This document shows, piece after piece, positions 1 to 14,465 of a DNA stretch of 64,000 nt. The stretch covers positions 77,936,001-78,000,000 of the forward strand of contig NC_087437.1 in the NCBI RefSeq assembly GCF_036321535.1, written 5' to 3'. Under the pieces are notes generated by a model. That model did not search any database. It was not told the DNA's origin and saw only the letters and a program-made list of their open reading frames with translations. A program made the translations under genes and the position numbers. Position 1 is the first letter of the stretch. The number at the start of each line of letters is the position of its first letter. This DNA is from Camelus dromedarius. Its lineage: Eukaryota.

Positions 1-2700
1 CTTATGAGGAGAAATATATTAAGGTATTAAAATAAGGGATTGATAATAAATCCCCCAAAACATGATGCACACAATTAGAAAATAGATTATGGCCATGACA
101 AAAAAGGTATTAGTAATAGCATTTGCTGTGTCACAGACACCGTGACTTAAAGAAATCTAGGATAAAAAATGTGCAAGAGATGTTGCTGTAACTTGTATCT
201 CCTGAGTATGTTGCCTGTTTCCTAATTTTCTTTTGATGAGTCACTTTGTGTTATAAACTATTATTTATTCTAACAAGACAATGTATGACAATTACCCATA
301 TATTTTCTCATGTTATTAAGATTCTTTGAACATTGTTGATAATCAACCCTGATTAATCAGAATAAATTAGTGAAGTTAAATCTGTTCACATATATCACCC
401 CATTTTCATATTCATTTTTACAGGAATCAGGGCACAAAATAAGTCTTTAAATAATCTTCCATTCAACTGCTCTTTTAAAAATAGGACTCGAGTCAAATTA
501 GTGGTTAGGTAAAGCCTCATTAATTTTTCTGCAGAAATATATCCCATTTTATGGACTATTTTAGATATTTATTAAAGACAGTACCATTTAGTAAAAACTC
601 CATAATTCCTGAGGATTTTCCAATACATTTATGTCTAGTGTGTTATAAAACAAGGGCATATATGATGCTCATAATCTACTAAGTAGCAATTAATGTAAGT
701 ATATATTACTTCATTAGCAGGATATTTGAGTTAATTGCAAATGTTGTTATGAAGAGTATTCAGAATATGTATCACTCTGACTGAAAATTCCATGATCCTC
801 ACCCACAAGATTAGTGAAAGCTTGTAAATGAAATGCCATCTTTGCTTCTCAGCATCTCTGTAGCAATGCTAAGGAGTCTGAAAAATTCTTTTAGACAGAA
901 AAAATATTTTACAATGATTTCCATTTAAATCCCAGGTATCTTACCATGGCTTCAAAGGACTCCTTTTTAAAATATGAAATTTGGAAACCATTAACACCAA
1001 AGCAGAAGCAATTTATGAAAAAGTAAATTAATAGTCATCCCAGGAAAGTAATCGTAGAAGCAGCTTTGTGGTTATTCAGGTTTAATAATGTGACAAACGC
1101 TATCTTGGATACTTGGAATCTTACTGTAATTTCTAAACTCAAAAACTGGAAAGATCTAGCATAATAGAAAAACAAGCACTGGGGATATAAGAAGTGATCA
1201 CTGCGTTCTGCTTGGATGGGACCTGGAAGTGAAATCCTAGTTCATGTGGCTCAGTGAAGCGATAGATAATGGAGTTTGGCATGACTTGTGGAGCTAAGAA
1301 TTACTGCCTTTGAAAAGAAGGATATTGACCTAATTATTATAGGTTAAAAAAAAAAAAAGGCATATGATGTCACCAGTTTCATATACATGTATTTGCCCAG
1401 TCTCAGGCAGACCAGAGGATGACTTTTGAAACAGAGGCATGTGAAGATTATTTTAACACTCATCCCTATTTTGAAGATCATTTGTGTGTGTGTGTGTGGG
1501 AGGCTATAGAGGCAGAATTCCTCTCTTCTTATGGTGAGAAGATTTACAGGGTCCTCACAGCTCATTCAGATAAGAAGAAAAAGACTCATTCTTTCTGTCA
1601 CACCCAATATCCTTATCTGTCTCTTCTAATGATCTGCCTAGTCCAGTAGGTTTGTGTTCTCGCTGCTGGATGAACTACTGGGTCAGGGTTGAAGAGGCAC
1701 TCTAATTAGCCAGCCTGGGGCCAGGGAGACCACCATTTAATTAATCCCTGCACCATAAGGTGGAGAAAAAGTAGCTCCCCAAAGGAAGGGATAAAGGGAA
1801 AAGGAAAAAGTAAAAGATGTTATCTTCCAAGGATGACCAAAATCTCCTCTGAAAGCAACTGAAATTTAATGATTGAGTTGTTGGGAGAATAGAATTGTTT
1901 TTCTTTTTCATGCAGACAGCCTGATTTTTTCCCCCAAATATTATTCCTTACCACATATTGCTCTTTTGAACTATGGTACAGTTTTTCACCGAGAAAAGAA
2001 ATGTTGTCATCTGCTTTACATTCTTAACCCTAAAAGGATTAGAGGCTGTGCCATTCAGTGGGGTAAAAACAACTCAGAGCAAGAGATCTGAAAGGCAGCC
2101 CTGACTGATTAGTAACCTATGGAGAGTAAAGCTGAGTGAATCACCTCCAGTTAATCTCTTTTCCAGTATCTGCAGCCTACTCAAAGTTGTCTTCGATGCC
2201 AGGACCTTGTGGATGGATTGTATTGATGCAGGAAGTAATGTTAGAGTCTTTGGAAGAACAGAGATATATATATTATCTATATATATTATCTATGCACAAG
2301 GAATAGTCTGAGTGGTGGACTTAAATTTCAATTCTGAGCTTTCATGAAAGATTTGCAAAAAAGCTCCTCTATATAGGTCACTTCTCTTAGAAACATACTC
2401 ATTATTATCTGTTCCCAATTTAATTTTCTTAAACTGGACTTCAGTTTTCAACTGAAACTGTTGTGGTTTCCTTCTTGCCACATCTAAGAACATTTCCTCT
2501 GTTTTCTTTGTTTTGACCCCTTTGAGATCTTTATTGTTTCTTATGGAAACTCTTCCTTCCTTACCTTTGGTAGTCCTAGGGTTTTCTTGCTTCATTTCTA
2601 CAACTTTGTTTGAACTAATTCTTACAGTCCTTTTGTGGCTCCTTGTGATTCCTCATTCTATACCCAGGGGTATTAACAGAGACCCAACTTTTAGACTTCG

Positions 2701-2890
2701 GTTTTTTTCCTTCTTTCTGTCCATTTCAGAGACAGCTGCTTTTTCCTTCCTTTTTTCCTTCCTTATTTCCTTCCTTCCTCTCTCTTTCATTTTCTCTCTG
2801 CCTCTCCTTTCCCCCATTTCCCTCCCTCCCTCTCTTCCTCCCTTTCTTTTCTTTTTCCTCTAGCTCTCCTTCTCTCAACCTCTCTGTGAT
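2701..2890. repeat. Pyrimidine (CT)-rich low-complexity tract
   Basis: Nearly continuous C/T sequence (ttccttccttcctctctctttc..., cctccctccctctcttcctccc). Confidence 0.85.
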
Positions 2891-3164
2891 CCTAGTATTT
2901 TTTCCTTTGTTTTGTTTTGTTTTTAGTGGGAGAGTGATTTTTTTTAAACTAATGCCCTTGAATTGACTGTGGTTCATGCATGTTTAAGAATTTTTAAACT
3001 ATATTACTTACCCTAAATTCTTATCCTATTGGCCAGTTCCATTTGAATGTTTTAGTATTACTTCACTAAACATACTTAAAACTAACATCACTGTCACCAT
3101 TGTTGTCTTCATTTTTGTCAGTGTCACCTGCTTCCAATCAGATTCTTAGCTCTTAAGAAGTCTT

Positions 3165-3373
3165 TTGCAAATATTAACTACTATATATAAAAATAGATTA
3201 AAAACAAATTTCTTCTGTATAGCACAGGGAACTATATTCAATATCTTATAATGACCTTTAATGAAAAAGAATATGAAAATGAATATATGTATGTATATGC
3301 ATGACTGGGACATTGTGCTGTACACCAGAGATTAACACATTGTAACTGACTGTACTTCAATTAAAGAAAAATA
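3165..3373 (+). mobile_element. L1 3' end, 5'-truncated, camelid/cetartiodactyl type (L1-1_Vpa-like)
   Basis: Typical 3'UTR 'ctgtatagcacagggaactatattcaatatct...tgtgctgtacaccaga...ctgtacttcaatt' with an A-rich tail. Target-site duplication aagtctt at 3158-3164 and 3374-3380. Confidence 0.9.
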
Positions 3374-3994
3374 AAGTCTTCTATTCTACTCCAATATATA
3401 TTAATTTGCAAAACAAGCAATCAGGCAAACAGACAAACCCATTGGGTTAATCCTTTGAAATGTCTCTCAAATATTGGTGCTACCACCCACTCTGTTGCTT
3501 ATCACCTCACACAGTACCAACTGCTGTTCCTCCTGTCTTTTGTTTCTCCTTTCTTTCCCACCCACCTTATATACATTATAGGACCCCTTTGCATGGTTAA
3601 TTTGTATAACATCTACAAGTGAAAACTGACTGAAAATACTCAACTACTCATGCTATTTCCAGTTGTTATATATTCCAGTAATTTCTCTTTGAATCCACTC
3701 TTCTCAAGTGGGCCATTCAAGATGGTCCACAATCTGATCTCAGATTGTAATTTGCTTCTATACCCTGGCACTATCTTTGTGTCAAATTCTCCTCTGGTTT
3801 AAATTCCAGTAATAATAGTAGCTTTTAATCATATTTTTATCATTAATTCTTGCCTATATGGTCTTTTGTTTCTCTCAAATCCTAGAGTTTGTGCCACACA
3901 ATTAGTACTTCTCTCTCTCTTTATACCTATCCCTCTTTTCATCTATCACCTGTTGCATAATATTAATTTAATGTTTATTATAGAATACCAAATT

Positions 3995-4175
3995 ACTTCA
4001 TTTTACATTATCTCATTTCATCCTCAAAATAGTTCTATTATTATTCTTATTCTAAATAATAAAAAACTAAGGCTTAAAAATTTAAACTGTTTCCCCAAAT
4101 CACATGTTAAGAGACTGATCTAAGGTTAAACGATCTTTGACTTTAAAAGTATGATTTCCACCATACTATACTGAA
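3995..4175 (-). mobile_element. MIR SINE, degenerate
   Basis: Reverse-complement MIR core: 'atctcatttcatcctca...aaactaaggct...ccccaaatcacat'. Confidence 0.6.
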
Positions 4176-6494
4176 GTATTTTGCCTTGTATTATTATACA
4201 GTACTTAATAAAATCCTTGACCAAGTGATCGTATGAAAAACATGAATATAATGAATGAGTGGATGAAAGTGTTAAGGTTTTAAGTCTAAGACTCCCAAAT
4301 GGATGATAAGCAATTTAAAGCTCAGGTTCATGACTTATACCAATATGAATGTCCCAAATGTCATTATAATTGTAGACACTATAATTGCTTGTGCTTATTA
4401 AAACTTCACTATCAACCAAATTGCACATATATTTTCTTATTTAATCATTGGAAAAACCTAATTAGACAGTAGTTTTTCCAGCTTACCCACTGGAAGAGGG
4501 GTTCAGATGAGTCAGATAAGTTGTCAAGAAGAAGAACTGTGTGCAGGTGCATTCACTTCTTATTCTTGCCTGCTTCACTATGCAGCCTCTCAATCAATAC
4601 ATGGCAATGAAACACAAGTATCCTCTCGAGCTCTCCCCCAGGGCTTGAAATAATAGAGAGTCAAAGCAAGTGTGGGCACACCCTTTCCCATGTACACTGA
4701 GGCTGCTGACTCCAGTGCTGTGATGGCGCCATCTTGCATCTGGTGGTGTTCCGCAGGTAGTCCTTAAAGACCTCCTTTCCAAGTCTGTCTGAGTGGCCAA
4801 TTAGACCTGTCTAGGCTTTCTTCTGGGAAGAAACTGAAAACATTACTATTCTGCAGTGTTCTGAGTCTCAGACGAGTTTGAAAATCACAGGAAACTATGT
4901 GCATCCAGAATCAGATTGAGAATATATTAGATAAATGGAAGAAATGAATACCTATTTATATATTTATACATCTATATCATATTTGTTACAGTCAAAAATA
5001 TAACCTGCATTTGTGAAAGTTTTACTTTGTTGTAAGTTATTACCAACTATTTTTCTGTTGAAAAGAATGTAGCCTTCTTTTGGCTTTTGTTTTAAAATAT
5101 GGACAACAGATTAGGATGTTGAGGAAGAACACAAAATATTATAAATCACTTGGAATATACAGAACTTCATATAGATTCTTGAGAATATTACAATGCTTCT
5201 GGAATGTAACTTGCTACTCTGTTACTGATTCAGGGACACTGTAGATAAAGAATGAAGCCAAGTTATTGACCCAAAATAGAGATTTTTTGAAACATGAAAA
5301 AAACCATTTAAGAGAATGACGATTGAGTGGAGAATAAATGATGTTATCCTTAGCAAAATAATTTATTGAGATTTTTGGCAAATTGAATGTCAGCAGATAA
5401 TTTGTTTTGTATTCAAGACATTTTCCCCTACCTGAAGCACAATAAGTGTATATTTTTCTTTTTTTTATTATTATATAATTATTGATATTTAATATTAAAA
5501 ACACTACAACTGTTACATCAGCATTTTCACATTTCTATTTCTAGTTCAATGAGTAATGAAAGTAAGTAATACTGTACTCAGTTAAATGTTAGAATTCAAA
5601 AGAAGCATAAAACATGCAAAATACTAGTACATCCAATATTTATGAGCAAAAGTGTTTGCCTGGTCTATGTGATATTAGCATTTTTCAGTGATCACAGATC
5701 TCAAGCCAAAAGCACCAAGCAAAAACTGTTTAATGCAAAGCAAAGGATTTCGATCAAATCTAATAAACTTAACATTGGCAGGCAGGGTTGGGGGAGGTGT
5801 GAAAGATACTAGAGGGTGGGGTAAGTTGAGAAATTCAACTGTTTTGAAATAATATGGCTTAGTGTCAGTTTATTTCAACCCTAACTCTGCAGTTAATGTT
5901 CTGTGTTTCATCGCATGCATCTACATTGTAAAGAGTGTGCTGGAGCTTGTTTTCAGATAACTGATGCAAGTAAAAGCTGTACTAAGACACATAGTGAAAA
6001 TCTATATGAGAACAGATATGTAATGGATGAAATATTTTGGGTGTATGTTATGTTCAGTTTCAACACAATTGCTGTTCAAGGGTCGTTTGTGACATAAAGA
6101 TAACATAATTTATTAAGCCTTATTGTGTGTCAGGAACATGCAAGATGTTTCAAGGTTTCAGTTTTGCAAGTCCAGGTCAGTGTGGTGAAATGAAATTTAA
6201 GGGGAAGTATGTCTTCCCAATTAGGACACCAGGGTGAAGAGATGTTGGTTGAGTCCAACACAGTTGACTATCTCTCCTTAGTAAGAGCTGAAGTTGTTTT
6301 TCATTCCAGGATTTTATAATGGTAACAGAAGAATTTTATCAATTATGTAAAAATGGACTGTTACTGTAAACAAAAATTTATGAAACAGATTATAAATACG
6401 GTTATAAAAATAAGGTATATCTGGAGATGTCTGGTTATCAGTACAAATATTTAGTGATGAAATACCTTCTTAATATGCTCCAAGGACCTTTCTG

Positions 6495-6635
6495 GATATT
6501 ACTTTTCATAGATAGAGAAACCGAAGTTCAAGGGCAAAAGGAATTTTGCTGAAGATCACGCTGGTTTGCCTGAGTCAGATTTTGATCCCAGGCCTGTTTC
6601 AGGTTTAAGGCAAACCCTCAGTTTATTGCCCTGCA
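6495..6635 (-). mobile_element. MIR SINE fragment
   Basis: 'catagatagagaaaccgaagttca...gatcac...gattttgatcccaggcctg' resembles the reverse-complement MIR core. Confidence 0.6.
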
Positions 6636-7724
6636 CTGCTTTGGGTCCAAAATCATTTCCTGCTGACTTGGTGAATCTAGTAGTGCTTCTGCCCAGCTCT
6701 GTTACCTTTTACATGTGTTTTGGCCCTTTTGTTTCTTCAGTCCATGTTGTCCTACTCTATCTTCTGTTACCTGTTCTGTTCTGATCCAAGATGATACGTT
6801 CACCATAATGAACTTACTTCCTCTATTTATCAGTGCTTAGAATTCATTTCCTACAATATTAGGCTTTTGACTTTAACAATAGAGAACATGGTACTCTTTT
6901 CTCTTTTTCTTATGTTTTTATGTAAATCACAGCAAACAAGGGAAGCAATATATATTCGGTGTCCCTGAGAGTTTTCTTCCGGACTGAGCTACAGCTGTGC
7001 TGGAAGGGTTTGCAGGGTAACAAGCAGACTGCCGATGCGGTTCCTTTTTCTCTTTGTTTCTTTTCCTCTCTCTTCTCCTCGTCTGAACACGTTCTCTCTT
7101 GCATTGTCCTCCTTTTATTACGTAGGAAACTACAGCTCTGGTTGTCTATACCCTCATATTTCTCATCTTGAAAAGCTTGCCGTGGCTCATCAAGGGATTT
7201 TCCTCAACAGAAGTGTCTGCCATCATCTTTTTCCTGAAGCAGGATTTTTTTTCCATCTTCTGTGCTGTGAAAGCAGGATGTCAACCAAGTTGCCGACTTC
7301 TCTTGTTTTCAAGCTGACACTACTGCAGAGCCTTGCCCTGGTAAGAGTCCCCAGTGGCTTCAGCAGGTGTTTGGTGGTGTCTGTGAAAAAGACTGGTTAG
7401 AAATGAAAGAGCTAAAAGTTAAGCAACCTAAAATAATTTTGAGAAATACAGTAAGCGGCTCAACCTCTTATGTGTCCTTAGTCCTATTACAAGGTTAAGA
7501 AAAGAGTGTATGATTCAATGATTCACATAGATATGTAAAAGGATGAAGTGGTTTAAGGGATTAGTGACAGCTAAAGAGTGGAGAGAAACTGTTCATTGTA
7601 CTGACTTGATTCATGGATGCTTTTCTAGATCTTCCACAGTTCAAATTCATTTTGAGGGTTTTGTAAATTGCAGGAAAAACTATAATGGCATACATGTCAT
7701 AGCTTTTAGCTTGCTCAAAAAGAA

Positions 7725-7890
7725 GGGGACAGGGATTGGGGCTGACGATAAAGTCACCTTCCTTGAACACTTGGCTGCATGGAAGAAGGTGGAAATTCAA
7801 TGAAATTGCAACAACAAAGCAAGGAAGATGGTGTTGGTGAGCAGAGTTTGGAGTTAGGTGATGAATTACTAGCATGTACTGAAAATTGTA
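7725..7890 (-). mobile_element. L2 LINE fragment, degenerate
   Basis: Purine-rich segment resembling antisense L2 ('ggctgacgataaagt...tggaagaaggtggaaattcaatgaaatt...gagcagagtttgg'). Confidence 0.4.
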
Positions 7891-9361
7891 TCTCTCCAAT
7901 ACATGGTCTATGGGATAAATAAAAGGGCTATATCCAACTAAAAGTTGATTATTTCTTCCTAATCATTATCCTTTATTTGTTTGGTTCAATTCAAGAAATA
8001 GTTATTTCAGTCAGGGTTGAAAAAGACTACAGTCCCCATACTCTTAATCCATCCTTCATATTGTGGTCCCTGAGGCTGACCAGAGGACAGAGGAGGGTTA
8101 AAATAGAGAAATGGCTGCTTTAGTTTTGCAAGTAACATTCTGAGTCCAAGGAATTGCAACAGATCCTCTCAGCTGTAGTTTAGAAAGAACTGTTAATAAA
8201 TTAATTTTGACTGCCTGAGCTTAAACCATGACTCCCAACCTCCATTTCTTCATCAAGACTTCCAGGAAGTTGAAAAAAGAGCAATAAAACAAAATATAAT
8301 AAGAATGATTGACAAAGTTAGAGAGACAACACCTCAGTTGGAATTCAGATGAAGTCACACATAAATGTATTGAGTTAAAATCCTTTTATAAGTAACTTAT
8401 TCTTTAAAAAATTGAATTAAGTCAGTAGGAGTTCTGGGTGCAGCCTTCAGTTCCAATCCAATAATGAAGGTAGGGTGGAGAATGCTATTTCTAATGGAAT
8501 TACTTCTGTAAGATAAATGACTGAAATCATCTAATAAAGACTAGGCATATTATTTCTCTAGGTTTTACAGTTTTATGACATACTCATTTGCATTCTCTAA
8601 CTTCCAGGATTTTCTTAAAGCTTGATCCAGTAACCTCATTGATTTAAAAAATTTAAAGCTAAAAAGGACATAAATTTTTTTGAAAAGAATTTCTCAGTTT
8701 CAACACTGAATGATTAGATCTTATCTATGTTATCGTAAATAAAATTCAGACCTATTATTCTCAGGATGGACTCAAGTTTCAATATATTTTATTAATGAAA
8801 AGTCCTTTATCCACCTCAAATTAGAAAGCCATTTTATCACAGATGCTCTCACAGAGTGCAATGCTAACACCTTTCTCAACAAATTTTGAGATTGAATCTT
8901 GATATATTATCTTTCACAATGACTATGTACGTATAATCCATTGACTACTGACATACTATGAATAAATAAATACAGGAATTTTTTATAATACAAATAAATG
9001 TATAAAACTATGTTAACAAGATTGTAAGAGCAATTTAAGAGGCTTTTTTAAAAACAAGTTTATTAATAGATAGTCAGGAACTGTCTATTAATATGTGTGA
9101 TCTTGACATGAGTTAATTATAATACTTCAGTTAACTCTATACTTAGTCTGTAGCTTCTTAAAATAAATTTGAATTTCTTAATTTGTTTGCCAAAGAGCAA
9201 AGAGCATTCCTGTCATGCTGAAAGATTTGTTTTAATTGATTCAAGAAGCAAATTAATTGTTAAAAGCTCTTGCATACCTTCAAATCTCTCACTATTGGCT
9301 TGTGGCGGTGGTGTCATTTTAATTTTTTTTAAAGTAGCAGTAAGTGAATTTTGTTGGCAGG

Positions 9362-9790
9362 TGTGGTAGATTGAATGATGGCTTCTGTACAATGGCCACA
9401 TCCTAATTCCTGAAACCTGTGAATACAGTTTGTTACATGGCAAAGGAGAAGTGAGGTAGCAGATAGAATTAAGGTGGCTCATCAGTTAACCTGGAGATGG
9501 GGAGAGCTTCCTGGATTATCCAGGTGGACCCAATGTAAACACAGGCATCCTTACAAGTGAATGAGGGAGCAGAAAGACAATGAGGCAGCTTCAAGAAGCT
9601 AAAAAAGGCCAGAAAATAGAATATCTTCAGGAGCCTCCAGAAGGAAACGCAGCCCTGCTGAAACCTTGATTTAGCCCCGAGATGCTCGTTTTGAACTTCT
9701 GACGTCCAAAACTGTAAGATAATAAATTTGTATTGTTTTAATTCACTAAGTTTGTGGTAATTTATTATAGCAGCAATAGGAAACTAATAT
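9362..9790 (+). mobile_element. MaLR solo LTR (MLT1D-like)
   Basis: Starts tgtggtag. Contains 'ctggattatccaggtggacccaatgtaa', 'gagcctccagaaggaa..cagccctgctga' and an AATAAA. Ends 'gcagcaataggaaactaata'. Confidence 0.9.
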
Positions 9791-10670
9791 AATAGGCATG
9801 ACTCTGAGTAGACTTAAATTTTTCTCCCGCTAATTTTAAGTATGTTCAAATAAAAGATATTTGAAGTTTAAAATTAACCAGTTCTAGTAAGATTTTATTC
9901 TGGAAATAATATGACTTTCTCTTCTGTATTTCCTGGGGGTGGGGCGGTGGGGAGGAACTTGGTAGTGATGGTGGTGATTGTGGTCTCAACTGAGTATTTC
10001 TTTTAGATTTTGCTTAAGCAGGCTCGCTATAGCTACAAATCCATTTCATCAAATACACTGGGCCTGGGGACATTTGAAAATAAACCTTGGTCCCAGCATC
10101 TCCTACTTGTAGTTCGGAATCCCTTTATCCACTCTGATAACTTTGCTTTCTGTCTAGCTGACTTTTCCTAGCATTCTGCTTCTCTGCTGAGCCCCTCTGA
10201 TGGAAACCTCTGTGGTTCTTTGATTGTGTTTTACTCTAGGGCACTGTCTGTCATACCGTCTTTAGTTCTGTAATCTGCCCCTTCAGGGTCAGTTTCACCC
10301 AAACTCAGGCTCAGGAACTAGGGCTGTTCCTTGTCTATTAAGGGAAACTTAGATTCTCCTCTGAGAGTGGAAGAAAAAAACGCAGCTAAATGCCAAGACA
10401 TGCCTGACCCCTACCTAGATGTAGTTTAGGGTGTTTCTCTTGCTGAGAATACAGCAGACTTCTAAACTTTTAACACAGATTTGCCGGCTGTCTGAACATT
10501 TGACATCAGAGGCATAGGATTTCTTTCTAACAAACCAAACATTGTATCACTTCTTCAGGCAATGTCAGGAAGTCTAATCAAGGGCTGACTGTGAGCCAAC
10601 GCTTTCCATCATCTCTATTGGGATGTAATAACAGAGAGTAAGAATATATTTACTATTCATTTTATAGGTG

Positions 10671-10758
10671 TTTTTCTTTAATGGGGGTATTGGGGATTGA
10701 ACCCAGGACCTTGTGCATGCTAAGCACGTGTTCTACCACTGAGCCTTACCCTCTCCCC
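10671..10758 (-). mobile_element. tRNA-derived SINE, camelid Vic-1 family
   Basis: Reverse complement reads ggggagagggtaaggctcagtggtagaacacgtgcttagcatgcacaaggtcctgggttcaatcccca, with Pol III A and B boxes and an A-rich tail. Confidence 0.9.
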
Positions 10759-11379
10759 TCTAGGTTTTCTAAGCTGAGTCTCCGTATCAAGTTAGGGCAG
10801 CCGGAATAACAGACCTGAGTGACATTAGCTTAGTTCCTTTCAGAAATGCTTTCATGGATATATGATTTAATACTATGCTCTATGCCTTTATAGATGGTTG
10901 ATAAAAGAAATGGCCATTTGAATGACACTTCTTTATTGCTTGGGAAATGGTAGTTGAAGACATTGTCCGTTCCATAACCTAGAATCTCTCATGTAAGACT
11001 CCATGTGATAAGGACCTTCTTAAATTTTGTGTTGGGGAAAAAAATGTCTTATCAGACAAACTTTTGGATTTCTTTTAATCAACAAGTGGAAGTTATATAA
11101 GACAAATTGCGTTTACAATGATAGTATGTAAACAAACAAAGTTCATAAAGTCATTCAGAATAAAACTTCTTCTATTGTAGCTTAACAAAAAGTGTCCCAG
11201 AATAACTTCTCAAAGTCATAAACATTGATTTTGAACGCAGTCACTTTTCTTACCCCATCCTTAGGGAAGTGGGACTTTGACAAAAACAAAATGGCAAGTG
11301 AGGCCTCTCAGAATGATGTTCATTTATCCCTCTGTTCATACATTTACTAGGAAGCAGTGGAGCTTTTCTGTTGAATGGT

Positions 11380-11600
11380 TAAGACTGTGGTTTAATTAAA
11401 TCCCAGATCACCCCACTTATTAGCTGAGGCCTTGGGCTATTTACTTAACCTCTCAACTTCAACTTCCTATCTAATAAAGTGGAAATAATATAAAATCTGC
11501 CTCCCAGGATTGAGGTGAAGATTAAATGAGGTAATTCATTTGAAGTACTTAGCACAGTGCCTGGCATATAAGGGACAAGACTCAGTAGCTCGGTATTGTC
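11380..11600 (+). mobile_element. MIR SINE
   Basis: 'ccacttattagctg..ccttggg..ttacttaacctctc...gattaaatgag..agtacttagcacagtgcctggcat' matches the MIR core and tail. Confidence 0.85.
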
Positions 11601-12112
11601 TGTATGATGCTGATGGTGGTTATGGCAGTGCTGAGAACATCAGTGAACGTAGACCTAGATGAGGACAACTCTCTCCTCCTTTGCAATATTTTTGTCTCCT
11701 TCCGTGGTGCTTCATCGTTAGCTTTCTGCTGAGGAAACACCTGCCCTCAGGCTGAATACACCCAGGTAGGGATAATGAAAGCTTCCTCAGGAATGACTCT
11801 GAGTCTGGACTGTGTTTTCAGGGAGAAGAGGAAAAAGTGTTAGAGGTTTTCTTTCTCTAAGTGGAGAAATAAGATTTAGACTAGATGGACTTTTTTTTTT
11901 TTTTTTTTAAAGCTTCTTGCCAGCTCTGCAAAGATAAGTGTGGTTAGGTTAATCTTGAGGAAAGTAAGGGTGAAGCTCTATTTTGTATTGAGGGGTGGGG
12001 GGAAGAAATATAAAAGGGGCTCTAAGTTCATGCTTGGTCTAGCTCACATCAGAAGGACAGGTGATCACACAGGGATTTGTGCAGAATCCCCAGCCAAAAT
12101 AAAAGCATGGAG

Positions 12113-13380
12113 CAGTAGCTTACAAACTTTTTGGTCTTAGGACTTGATACTTAATTACTGAAGATGATAGAGAATTTTGTTTACTTGGGTTATAGTCATT
12201 GATTTACTGCACTAGAAATTAATACAGAAAATATTTAAATAGTAACTCATTTAAAAACAACAATACTTAACCCATTACATGTTAATATAAAAACCATTTT
12301 TATGAAAATAACTGTATATTCCAAAGCAAAAAAAAAGTAGTGGCATTATTTTACAGTTAAAAAAAAGGTACTTAATATTTGATTTATTAGAAGATAGCTG
12401 AATTCACATACCTGCATGTGCAATCAGTCATTTATGATGTGTTGTTTTGGTTGCAGTAAATGAAGTAAATCCAACATTACAAAGATAGCTGGAAAAGGAA
12501 GGAATATTTTAATAGATTTTTGAAACAACTTTTGGATATTCTTTTTCACACTACTCCACTCTACAAATGGTGATTTTTTAAAGGTTAGTAGCAGTGTGGA
12601 AACTGAAACTATACCAGTGAACTTTTCACTTCCATGACAGTATCGTTAGACCATCTTTGTATATTCTACCATACTTGATCTTGTAACATCGTGCATTTGG
12701 AAAATTTTGGACCACTGAAGCAGATTTCCCAATGTTGAAACATTTTATTATACATTAGTAAATGGTAACATTTGTTAATCTCATTAGAAAAATCTTTCTG
12801 TATTGAAAGATGTCAAGCTCATAGAGACAGATATAAATTTCCCCAGCTCTGGTTTTTGCTTGAAAGCTCAAATTTTGTCCTTGCCAACAAATGCTGTCAG
12901 CTGTTTCCTTGAAATGTCAGGCTCCCTACGTTCATTTTTGAGAAAATATATCCCAAATGCCCAAGTCTGAATAACCATAGTTTTTCCACCATTCTGGTAG
13001 ACTTAGTCTTCATGGTAAAAGCAACTAGTTCAGCTTGTAACTCCAAAAATCCCACAAGAGCCTTTTCTTGAGACAAACATACATCAGTGGACAGCAGGAG
13101 TGATTTATAGTTAAAATGTCATGCTCTCAAAAATTGAGATGAAATAAAATTAATAATCTTTACTGCTTCATGAAAGACATTCTTAAGTGAAACTGGCATT
13201 TTACTGCAAGTGTGTAGCAGTAAAGAAGGTAATGACTACTAATTTTTTTTTTTTTTTTTTGGTGCTATTACTTTGTTTTCTGCTTGGGCATCAGCAGTTT
13301 CACCCACACTTGCTTTTGCAGCATCAGAGCAAATAGTAAGGTAGTGAAATTGGCAATTAATATCTTGTTATTATCATATC
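12113..13380 (-). mobile_element. hAT DNA transposon, Charlie1a-like, with decayed transposase remnant
   Basis: Terminal 'cagtagcttacaaactttttggtcttaggac'. The minus strand of ~13130-13340 matches the Charlie1 transposase segment (..MPVSLKNV..EAVKIINFI..). Confidence 0.85.
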
Positions 13381-13738
13381 ATCATTACTATCATTAACTG
13401 CTATGTTTATATCTGGAAACCTAAGTGAGCTGATAAGCTATTCTGTGGATTTGGGATTCGGGGATTTGGGATGGAGAGTCACAAAAACATGGGTGAAGAC
13501 TCTCTATTTCACCTGAAGCCTCCGATTTTCTACTTCTTTTCTATATCAGCCCTTCTAGTTCCTCATTTTAGACACTAAGACCAGGAGACCCATGTCACTC
13601 AGATGACACTTTTTTTTTTTTTTTTAGTTTTAATTTAATTAGTTTTGGTCAATATAACTCAGTCAGTGTACCCATTTAAAGAAGTATGTGTATACTTACA
13701 TACCAATTATATACATTTATAATTATGGTTATATAGAG

Positions 13739-14117
13739 TGTTACACGATGAATTGTGTTCCCTCAAAGTTTGTTATGTTCAAGTCTTAACCCCGAGCACT
13801 TAGAATGTGGCTGTTTTTGGAGATAGGGTCCTTAAGAGGTAATGAAGTTAAAATGAGGTCATTAGATTGGGTCCTAATCCAGTATGACTGATGTCCTTGT
13901 AAGAAGAGATTAGGGCATAGACACATACAGCGCGAAGCCTGGGAAAACACAGGGAGAAGACAGCCATCTTCCAGTCAACGGGAGAGGCCTTGGAAGAAAC
14001 CAGCCTTGCAGACATCTTGATTTCAAGCTTCTAACCTCCAGAACTGAGAAAATGCATTTTTGTGTAAGCCATCCAGTCTGTGGTACTTTGTTATGGCGGC
14101 CCTAGAAAACTGGTATG
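13739..14117 (+). mobile_element. MaLR solo LTR (MLT1A0-like)
   Basis: tgtta start, 'ggagatagggtc..aagttaaaatgaggtcatta..cctaatccagtatgactg', and end 'gtggtactttgttatggcggccctagaaaact'. Confidence 0.9.
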
Positions 14118-14465
14118 TGGACTATTAAAAGAATTTCAAGCATCAGTACAGAAGTATAGGGGGAGATCAAGATTAAATTATATTCAATTATTTTGAAAAA
14201 AAGAAGCCTGGGATGCTGACTGTAGCTATTGAGTGTTCTCAGCTAAAACTTTCACTGCCGCTTCTACTTGGGTGCTGGGAGTCAACCTTAGCCCTGGTGT
14301 TCCTTATCCCAACGTTCAGTTCCCAGGCACACATGCTTCAAGTAAATAGGCAGTGTTTTCCAATATTATTTTTCTTAACAACGAATCCTCACCAATACTA
14401 ATAGACCCTGCTGCCCACATAGATTATAGATTGGACAGTGTTCAGCTGTCAATGTCGTGTATTCT

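Noticed and set aside
2290..2977. ORFs of 83-116 aa, including a hydrophobic membrane-like peptide
   Set aside because: Largely explained by the CT-rich low-complexity tract, with no homology recognised.
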